Position numbers and translations under genes: made by a program. The notes beneath the pieces were generated by a model. That model had not been told where the DNA came from, made no database searches, and worked only from the letters and a program-made list of their open reading frames with translations. This document shows, piece by piece, positions 1 to 6,735 of a stretch of DNA of 38,033 bases (position 1 is its first letter; each line of letters starts with the position of its first letter). Origin of the DNA: an uncultured Roseivirgaceae bacterium (GTDB lineage: Bacteria > Bacteroidota > Bacteroidia > Cytophagales > Cyclobacteriaceae); assembly GCA_964507315.1 (NCBI GenBank), contig CAZDQR010000001.1, positions 1 through 38,033 on the forward strand, read 5' to 3'.

Positions 1-21
1 GCTTTAATGAACTAAATTGAA

Positions 22-55
22 ATGGCTGTCGATAGGGCAGCCATCTCTTTTTTTT
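22..55 (+). terminator. Rho-independent terminator/attenuator hairpin upstream of atpF (3' of the truncated upstream gene, presumably atpE)
   Basis: Stem ATGGCTG (22-28) / CAGCCAT (38-44), extendable by T29:G37 and C30-G36. 5-nt loop, then CTC and a T8 run (48-55). Confidence 0.7.
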
Positions 56-86
56 AAGTATTAAAAACGAATTTAATTTATAAATA

Positions 87-581
87 ATGGATCTTTTAAT
101 TCCTGAGTGGGGGTTGGTATTTTGGACTAGTATCGCATTTTTAATGTTAGTACTTCTCCTTTCTAAGTTTGCTTGGAAACCTATTCTTCAAACGTTAAAA
201 ATTCGCGAAGAGTCGATTGATGAAGCTTTAAAGGCTGCAGAATTGGCGCGTGAAGAAATGGGCGAGCTTAAAGCTGATAATGAAAAATCATTAGTGAAAG
301 CAAGAGAAGAACGTGAGCTGTTACTACGTGATGCTAGCAAAGCAGCTAGTATGATTAAGGAAGAAGCTAAAACGGATGCAGAAATTATCTCCAAAAGGAT
401 GATGGAAGATGCAAAGGCTGGTATTGAGGCTGAAAAGCAATCTGCTTTAGCAGAAGTAAGAAGCCAAGTGGCTAATCTTTCGGTTGAAATAGCTGAAAAA
501 ATCATTCGTAAAAATTTAGAGAACGATAAGGCTCAAAAGGCCTTAGTTGATGAGTTCTTAAACGATAAAAGCTTTAACTAA
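87..581 (+). CDS. atpF: F0F1 ATP synthase subunit b
   Basis: 164 aa. One N-terminal TM helix (GLVFWTSIAFLMLVLLLSKF) followed by a long Ala/Glu/Lys-rich helix. Sits immediately 5' of atpH-atpA-atpG. Confidence 0.9.
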   Translation: MDLLIPEWGLVFWTSIAFLMLVLLLSKFAWKPILQTLKIREESIDEALKAAELAREEMGELKADNEKSLVKAREERELLLRDASKAASMIKEEAKTDAEIISKRMMEDAKAGIEAEKQSALAEVRSQVANLSVEIAEKIIRKNLENDKAQKALVDEFLNDKSFN

Positions 582-583
582 TA

Positions 584-1120
584 ATGGGTCCTCACAGAGC
601 ATCGGTACGATACGCAAAATCAGTGATTGGGCTTGCTCAAGAGCAAAAAACACTGGAACAGGTAAAAGAAGATATGCTTTTATTCACGAAAGTTATTAAT
701 GAAAATCGTGAGTTAAACGTTGTACTTAAAAACCCTATTGTTCCTGCTGATAAGAAAAAAGCAATTTTACAGGCATTATTCGAAAAACGAATTCAGCCTT
801 TAACATATAAAGCTTTTGTGCTTATTGTATCAAAAAATAGAGAAAGCATATTGGATGAGATTGCTATTGAATTTGTAAACCAATACAATGTGCTTAAAGG
901 TATTGCAGTAGCAACCGTTACTACTCCTTACACACTTGGTGATAGCCAGCGTAAAGACATTGCAAAAATTGTTGCTGATATTACAGGAATGAAAGTGGAA
1001 TTAACGGAAGTTATAGACGAATCACTTATTGGAGGTTTTGTGCTCAATATTGGAGACAAGCAAATAGATGAGTCTGTAAAAAGCAAATTAGCTAATATAC
1101 AACGAGCACTTGTTGCTTAA
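584..1120 (+). CDS. atpH: F0F1 ATP synthase subunit delta (OSCP)
   Basis: 178 aa. N-terminal RYAKSVIGLA and C-terminal GGFVLNIGDKQIDESV blocks are typical of the delta subunit. 2-nt gap after atpF. Confidence 0.9.
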   Translation: MGPHRASVRYAKSVIGLAQEQKTLEQVKEDMLLFTKVINENRELNVVLKNPIVPADKKKAILQALFEKRIQPLTYKAFVLIVSKNRESILDEIAIEFVNQYNVLKGIAVATVTTPYTLGDSQRKDIAKIVADITGMKVELTEVIDESLIGGFVLNIGDKQIDESVKSKLANIQRALVA

Positions 1121-1158
1121 GTGAATAGAATTTAAGAATAGAAATAAATATTTCAGAA

Positions 1159-2739
1159 ATGAACGATATTAGACCAGATGAAGTTTCGGCCATATTGAGA
1201 GAACAACTTTCAGGTGTGAAATCTGAGGCTGAATTAGAAGAAGTAGGTACGGTATTGCAAATCGGTGATGGTGTTGCTCGTATCTACGGCCTTACAAAAG
1301 CAGAAGCAGGTGAACTTCTTGAATTTGAAAATGGGGTACAAGCATTAGTGCTTAACCTTGAAGAAGATAATGTGGGTGCTGTTCTTTTAGGACAATCTAA
1401 AGGAATTAGAGAAGGAGATACGGTTAAAAGAACAAATAAAATTGCTTCTATTCAAGCTGGAGATGGATTAATTGGTCGTGTGATAAACACATTGGCTGAA
1501 CCTATCGATGGTAAAGGAGCTGTAGAAGGAGAATTATTTGAAATGCCTTTGGAGCGTAAAGCACCAGGTGTTATTTTCCGTCAGCCAGTAACAGAGCCTC
1601 TTCAAACTGGTATTAAAGCAATTGATTCAATGATTCCTATTGGCCGTGGCCAAAGAGAGTTAATTATTGGTGATAGACAGACTGGTAAAACAGCCGTTGT
1701 TATTGATACTATTATCAATCAAAAAGAATTTTACGAAAAAGGCGAGCCTGTTTATTGTATTTATGTGGCTATTGGTCAAAAAGCTTCAACTGTTGCAAAC
1801 ACAGTAGCTGCTTTAACTAAAGCGGGTGCAATGGATTACACAGTAATCGTTTCAGCTTCGGCTTCTGATCCTGCTCCAATGCAGTTTTACGCTCCATTTA
1901 CAGGTGCAGCTATTGGTGAATTTTTCAGAGATACAGGTCGTCCTGCTTTAGTGATTTATGATGATTTATCTAAGCAAGCAGTTGCTTACCGTGAGGTTTC
2001 TTTATTATTGAGAAGACCTCCAGGTCGTGAAGCATACCCTGGTGATGTATTTTATCTTCACTCTCGTTTGTTAGAACGTGCTGCTAAGGTAAATGATAAT
2101 GATGATATCGCTAAAAACATGAACGATTTACCTCCTTCATTAGAAGGTAAGGTAAAAGGTGGTGGTTCATTAACTGCACTGCCAATTATCGAAACACAAG
2201 CGGGTGATGTTTCTGCTTATATTCCTACCAATGTAATTTCTATTACGGATGGTCAGATATTCTTAGAAACTGATTTGTTTAACTCTGGTATTAGACCAGC
2301 TATTAACGTAGGTATTTCTGTATCTCGTGTGGGTGGTAATGCACAGGTTAAATCAATGAAAAAGGTTTCTGGTACACTTAAACTGGATCAAGCGCAGTTT
2401 AGAGAACTTGAAGCTTTTGCTAAGTTTGGTTCTGATTTAGATGCTGCTACAAGACTCACGATTGATCGTGGTATGAAAAATCAGGAGATTTTGAAGCAAC
2501 CTCAATATACGCCTGCTAAAGTTGGTGATCAAGTTGCAATCATTTTTGCTTCTACCAAAGGACTTACGGATTCAGTTCCTGTTTCAAAAGTGAGAGCATT
2601 TGAAACCGAGTTTATTTCTGTATTGAATGCTAAGCATAAAGATGTTATTGATTCATTAGGTTCAGGTAAATTCACGGATGCTTTAACTGATGTACTTAGA
2701 ACAGTTGCAAAAGAAGTAGCTAAGAACTACGCTAAATAA
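1159..2739 (+). CDS. atpA: F0F1 ATP synthase subunit alpha
   Basis: 526 aa with Walker A GDRQTGKT. Conserved blocks [53 protein letters not shown] and ITDGQIFLE. Confidence 0.98.
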   Translation: MNDIRPDEVSAILREQLSGVKSEAELEEVGTVLQIGDGVARIYGLTKAEAGELLEFENGVQALVLNLEEDNVGAVLLGQSKGIREGDTVKRTNKIASIQAGDGLIGRVINTLAEPIDGKGAVEGELFEMPLERKAPGVIFRQPVTEPLQTGIKAIDSMIPIGRGQRELIIGDRQTGKTAVVIDTIINQKEFYEKGEPVYCIYVAIGQKASTVANTVAALTKAGAMDYTVIVSASASDPAPMQFYAPFTGAAIGEFFRDTGRPALVIYDDLSKQAVAYREVSLLLRRPPGREAYPGDVFYLHSRLLERAAKVNDNDDIAKNMNDLPPSLEGKVKGGGSLTALPIIETQAGDVSAYIPTNVISITDGQIFLETDLFNSGIRPAINVGISVSRVGGNAQVKSMKKVSGTLKLDQAQFRELEAFAKFGSDLDAATRLTIDRGMKNQEILKQPQYTPAKVGDQVAIIFASTKGLTDSVPVSKVRAFETEFISVLNAKHKDVIDSLGSGKFTDALTDVLRTVAKEVAKNYAK

Positions 2740-2748
2740 TAAAATAAT

Positions 2749-2778
2749 CCCCGGGTTTATTCCGGGGTTTCTTTTTTA
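2749..2778 (+). terminator. Intra-operon rho-independent terminator/attenuator between atpA and atpG
   Basis: CCCCGG(G) 2749-2755 pairs with (T)CCGGGG 2761-2767 around a 5-nt loop. Followed by TTTCTTTTTT (2768-2777). Begins 10 nt after the atpA TAA. Confidence 0.65.
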
Positions 2779-2839
2779 CTCGAAATTTAAATTTTCGATC
2801 GTAGAAAGGATTAAAATGAGATTAATATACGTTTAAACG

Positions 2840-3712
2840 ATGGCAAATCTTAAAGAAGTAAAAACCAGAATTTCTTCTGTACAATCTACACAACAGATAA
2901 CAAAAGCCATGAAAATGGTGGCTGCTGCTAAACTGCGTAGAGCACAAGATAGCGTTATTCAAATGCGCCCTTATGCCCAAAAGTTAGATAGTATTTTGGT
3001 TGGTGTATCCGCAAGTTTGGATACCGAAGAAAATGTATTTAGTGAACAACGAGAAATTAACTCTGTACTCATTATTGCAATTACTTCTGATAGAGGTTTG
3101 TGTGGTCCTTTTAATGCCAATGTATTTAAAGCAACCAATGCGTTAATTGCTAATAAGTATGCCGATCAATTTAAAGATGGTGGTGTAACTATTATGCCTA
3201 TTGGTAAAAAAGCGTTAGACTATTTTGGTAAGAGAGATTTTACAGTAGAGAAAAAATTTGGAGAGCTATTTGGCCATTTAAATTTTGATGAGGCAATGAA
3301 AGCTGCTGAGTTTGCAATGAAATCTTTTAAAGATGGAAAGTTCGATGCAGTTGAGCTTGTATATAATGAGTTTAAAAATGTGGCTACACAAATTTTGTGT
3401 ACCGATCAGTTTTTACCTATTGTAGCTAGTGAAGAAGAATCTTCGGCAACGGTGAATGATTATATTTATCAGCCTGACCAAGAAACCTTGGTTGAGAATT
3501 TAATTCCTACTTCTTTAAAAGTAAAATTATACAAAGCCTTATTAGAATCGAATGCCTCGGAACACGGTGCTCGAATGACAGCTATGGATAAGGCTACAGA
3601 AAATGCAGGCGACATGCTTAAGGAGCTTAAACTCCAGTATAACCAAACGCGACAGGCCGCTATTACAAACGAAATTTTAGAGATTGTTGCCGGTGCAGAA
3701 GCACTTGGATAG
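2840..3712 (+). CDS. atpG: F0F1 ATP synthase subunit gamma
   Basis: 290 aa. N-terminal LKEVKTRISSVQSTQQITKAMKMVAAAKLRRAQ and C-terminal RQAAITNEILEIVAGAEAL are gamma-subunit signatures. Ends in TAG. Confidence 0.95.
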   Translation: MANLKEVKTRISSVQSTQQITKAMKMVAAAKLRRAQDSVIQMRPYAQKLDSILVGVSASLDTEENVFSEQREINSVLIIAITSDRGLCGPFNANVFKATNALIANKYADQFKDGGVTIMPIGKKALDYFGKRDFTVEKKFGELFGHLNFDEAMKAAEFAMKSFKDGKFDAVELVYNEFKNVATQILCTDQFLPIVASEEESSATVNDYIYQPDQETLVENLIPTSLKVKLYKALLESNASEHGARMTAMDKATENAGDMLKELKLQYNQTRQAAITNEILEIVAGAEALG

Positions 3713-3756
3713 CCATTAGTTTATACCCAACCTGATTAGTTATAACATTCAATTCT

Positions 3757-3764
3757 TACATTTG
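3757..3764 (+). promoter_or_regulatory. Bacteroidota-type -7 promoter box (TAnnTTTG) in front of the UbiA-like gene
   Basis: TACATTTG lies 20 nt upstream of ATG 3784. It sits only about 8 nt before the TTG at 3772, which argues for ATG 3784 as the start. Confidence 0.4.
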
Positions 3765-3783
3765 CTTTACCTTGATTAAGCAA

Positions 3784-4602
3784 ATGAAAGTTTTAAACAC
3801 ATTAAATATCGACACTGCTCTCGGAGCAGTGTCTTTTGTTTTTATAGCTAGTATTATTAGGCAGGTTGAGGTAGAAACAGCCATTTATTTTAGCCTATTT
3901 GCAAGCGTTTTGTTTATCTATAATTTAGATCATCTAATAGATGGGTATAAACTAAAAAACGAAAACAGCTCTTATAGGCATTTGTTTTACCAAAGGCATT
4001 TTAACTTATTAATTGGCTGGCAAATTGTGCTTACTGTATTTAATGTCTGGCTTCTTTTATTATTGCCTGTAGAAGTAATTATTGCAGGATTAGTAATGGC
4101 GCTTTTTATGGCACTTTATTTTTTTCTGATCTTTAATTCTAGTGTTAATTCTTATTTGCTACGCGAAGTTGTAGTTGCATTAGGCTACACAATTGCACTT
4201 TTAATAGTGCCATTCGCGAATTATCAATTTAATCATAGCCTTTCGTTTTATGCATTCTCTATCCTTGTTTTTTTGATAGCCTTAACAAATTTATGGGTAT
4301 TTTCTTTGTATGATTTAGAGGTTGATAAAAACCAAGAACATCACTCTATTAGCCGTAGGGTTAGCAGATTACACTTAATTAAGCTTACTAAATTTATAAT
4401 AGTAATTGTAATTAGCCTGGTAATCGGGTATATGTTTTATGCTGATTGGTTAATTGGTGGAAGTCTCTTGGTAGTAGAGGTTGTTTACCTTTTATTGCTT
4501 TTAAATGAATCTAAATTTAGCAATAATGAATTATACCGAACCGTTGGTGAGGCAATTTTAATTTTACCAGGACTGATAGTTCTCACTCTTTATGCAATTT
4601 AA
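3784..4602 (+). CDS. UbiA-superfamily-like polytopic membrane prenyltransferase (substrate unknown)
   Basis: About 9 predicted TM helices. Two Asp-rich motifs in the canonical places: YNLDHLID after TM2 and YDLEVDK after TM6. The ORF track starts at TTG 3772; ATG 3784 is preferred. Confidence 0.55.
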   Translation: MKVLNTLNIDTALGAVSFVFIASIIRQVEVETAIYFSLFASVLFIYNLDHLIDGYKLKNENSSYRHLFYQRHFNLLIGWQIVLTVFNVWLLLLLPVEVIIAGLVMALFMALYFFLIFNSSVNSYLLREVVVALGYTIALLIVPFANYQFNHSLSFYAFSILVFLIALTNLWVFSLYDLEVDKNQEHHSISRRVSRLHLIKLTKFIIVIVISLVIGYMFYADWLIGGSLLVVEVVYLLLLLNESKFSNNELYRTVGEAILILPGLIVLTLYAI

Positions 4603-5218
4603 TTTTATAGCTAAATACTATACGTTTGTTAGCAGGTTGGCTTTTGGGAATGTACTTGAAGTCGCAAAAACGTCATTATACCACAAGGTGCCTTTAAATG
4701 GAAAGGTGTTGCTTATAGGAGGTGGTACAGGTGTTTCTCTAGCGTATTTGCTTAAGCTCGATTCTGGCCTTAAAATCGACTATGTAGATGCTTCTTCTGA
4801 AATGATTAAATTGGCAAAATTGCGTGTGCCCAAGACACATGTAAATTTTATTTGCACACCATTTGAAGCTCATACAAGTAAAGGCTACGATGTTATTATT
4901 ACAGAGTTTTTCTTAGATCTTTTTACTGTTGCTCAAATAGAAGAACACATAGGTTCTATTAAAAATAAATTAAATAAGGAGGGGATTTGGATTGATACTG
5001 ATTTTAGACACTCAAATCATTTAAGTAGAAAAATACTGATTAAAGGGATGTACTTGTTTTTTAGAGTAGTTTCAGGAGTAAAAATTAGTTCTTTGGCAGA
5101 TTACTTATCTATTCTTAAAGGCAATGGATTTATGCTCAAGGAGGAAAAGATATTTAAATCAGGACTTATAACTAGTCGTTTGTTTGTGCAAACACAATCT
5201 CATCTGCCTTCTGAATAA
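4592..5218 (+). CDS. Class I SAM-dependent methyltransferase
   Basis: 208 aa. Motif I VLLIGGGTG, acidic loop DYVDAS, post-I/II blocks. ATG overlaps the last 11 nt of the preceding gene, suggesting translational coupling. Confidence 0.75.
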   Translation: MQFNFIAKYYTFVSRLAFGNVLEVAKTSLYHKVPLNGKVLLIGGGTGVSLAYLLKLDSGLKIDYVDASSEMIKLAKLRVPKTHVNFICTPFEAHTSKGYDVIITEFFLDLFTVAQIEEHIGSIKNKLNKEGIWIDTDFRHSNHLSRKILIKGMYLFFRVVSGVKISSLADYLSILKGNGFMLKEEKIFKSGLITSRLFVQTQSHLPSE

Positions 5219-6593
5219 TTTTTAAATAAGTGGCTCTATGGTTCCTTGTCTTCTCATAAGCAAGTAGCTCATCTCCTAGTTGAATAACTAGTTTATTACG
5301 TTTAGTTTCAAGCGTATTTATTACAAGCTGTGTTTGTGCAGTAATTCCTGCAGGTATAGGTTCGTGAAATCCGAAGGCTCCCATAAGCATGCTGTAGGCT
5401 TTTAAAAACCTATAGCCAGGCAATAGAATTGGGTTTATAAAGCTAGATTTATCTTGATGATCGAGCATTGCTGCTGTAGTGGCTGTGATTAGTCTGTTCT
5501 TATACAATAAGTCAGAATTATACCATTCTCCTACCAGTGAAAATCGGTGGTCTATTTCAATTTCTGATGGAGTAATGTGAGAGTTTCTGTGACCCACATA
5601 CATAGATGCTGAATTTCTACGATACATATCCATATTTACAGTAAGCCCTTGGTTGCGTAGAGCCAAATCAATAATCTCCCAATCGTATAGATAATCGTGG
5701 TTGTCGCTATTAAAGCTATAATCGTATTTGTAGGCATTACTCAGCGCCATTTTGCGTATGTTATTGGCTGCCATAGATGGTAATAATGGATTTCTCAATA
5801 TGTCAGGTAAATCATCTCTTAGCCTTAGGGCAATCCCGTTAGGAGCCAGACTCATAAAAGCATCTAATCCAATAATTGTTAGCCCTTTTGCTAGATCAAT
5901 GTAAATTACGGAAGCCACCGTATCATTTATATAAACACTGCCTAAATGCTTGTGTAAATTAGGTAACTCTTTAATGTAAGGGGTATATGGATCTTTATCG
6001 GTTTTTAAGTTATAGGCTATTATATCTCCAGATTCGAAAGCAATTCCATTTACTTTTTTTGAATGAGATGAAGTTGATTTTTTAGAAGTAGAAAATTTTG
6101 AAGAACTAGTGTTAGACTGTATTAATGCAGACTCAAAGGCAAGCCGGCTTTCTACAATAAATTTTGATCGCCTCGCATTTGCATAATCAGAAGAGGTATC
6201 CCAATATCTACTTTGATACTTTAGTAATTTTCGCCAAGAGGCTACATCTTGTTCAAATTCTTTGATTGTGCCTGGCACCAATGAAGCCAAAGCTGACATT
6301 TTATTAATATGAAAACTGATACTATCAAGTATTTGGTCGTTAGGGTCGGCCAAATCTAATAAGAGAATATCTAGTTTTTGCACTAATAAAGCGCGGTGCT
6401 TTTTATACTGGTAGTCTTGATTTTGCGAAGGTGTAATTCTAAATTTTACGAGGTTTTGTGCAAATTTTCCCCACCATTTTGAGTTAATTGTTAGATTTTC
6501 CTTTTCAGATAAATGGATTGCATTATTATTATCAGGAATAGATAGTAAGGCAAATAGGATTATGACAATAGATAATTTGTAAAATATTTTCAT
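5172..6593 (-). CDS. Secreted hypothetical protein (signal peptide, Ser/Lys-rich linker, possible YiiX-like permuted papain-fold domain lacking Cys)
   Basis: 473 aa. N-terminal signal-like MKIFYKLSIVIILFALLSIP. Low-complexity NTSSSKFSTSKKSTSSHSKK at residues 161-180. No cysteine anywhere. See the finding at 5649-6041. Confidence 0.7.
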   Translation of the reverse strand: MKIFYKLSIVIILFALLSIPDNNNAIHLSEKENLTINSKWWGKFAQNLVKFRITPSQNQDYQYKKHRALLVQKLDILLLDLADPNDQILDSISFHINKMSALASLVPGTIKEFEQDVASWRKLLKYQSRYWDTSSDYANARRSKFIVESRLAFESALIQSNTSSSKFSTSKKSTSSHSKKVNGIAFESGDIIAYNLKTDKDPYTPYIKELPNLHKHLGSVYINDTVASVIYIDLAKGLTIIGLDAFMSLAPNGIALRLRDDLPDILRNPLLPSMAANNIRKMALSNAYKYDYSFNSDNHDYLYDWEIIDLALRNQGLTVNMDMYRRNSASMYVGHRNSHITPSEIEIDHRFSLVGEWYNSDLLYKNRLITATTAAMLDHQDKSSFINPILLPGYRFLKAYSMLMGAFGFHEPIPAGITAQTQLVINTLETKRNKLVIQLGDELLAYEKTRNHRATYLKIIQKADEIVFAQTND

Positions 6594-6735
6594 GCCTTTG
6601 GTTAATGGAGGCGTAATTTACAAAAATGTTTACTTGAGAACAAAAAGACTTTTAGAATATAATGTTATTACTATTCCGGTATTTTATTGACCAATTAATG
6701 ATAATGTTACAACATTCTTCAATTGGATTTTTTTA

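Noticed and set aside
1-15. A possible 3' end of atpE (GCT TTA ATG AAC TAA).
   Set aside because: Only four codons are visible, which is too little to call a CDS. The inference rests solely on operon order.
188-505. Long antisense ORFs inside well-supported genes. These are 188-505, 7419-7652, 7568-7798, 8973-9182, 12089-12355, 14213-14425, 14885-15304, 16120-16435, 17636-17917, 19422-19673, 21760-21960, 25410-25901, 26451-26747, 28038-28481, 28902-29237, 29840-30682, 33094-33303, 33669-33914 and 36090-36374.
   Set aside because: Each lies entirely within a conserved gene on the other strand and has low-complexity Ser/Ala/Ile-rich composition. None has promoter boxes or independent boundaries. 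They are typical shadow ORFs.
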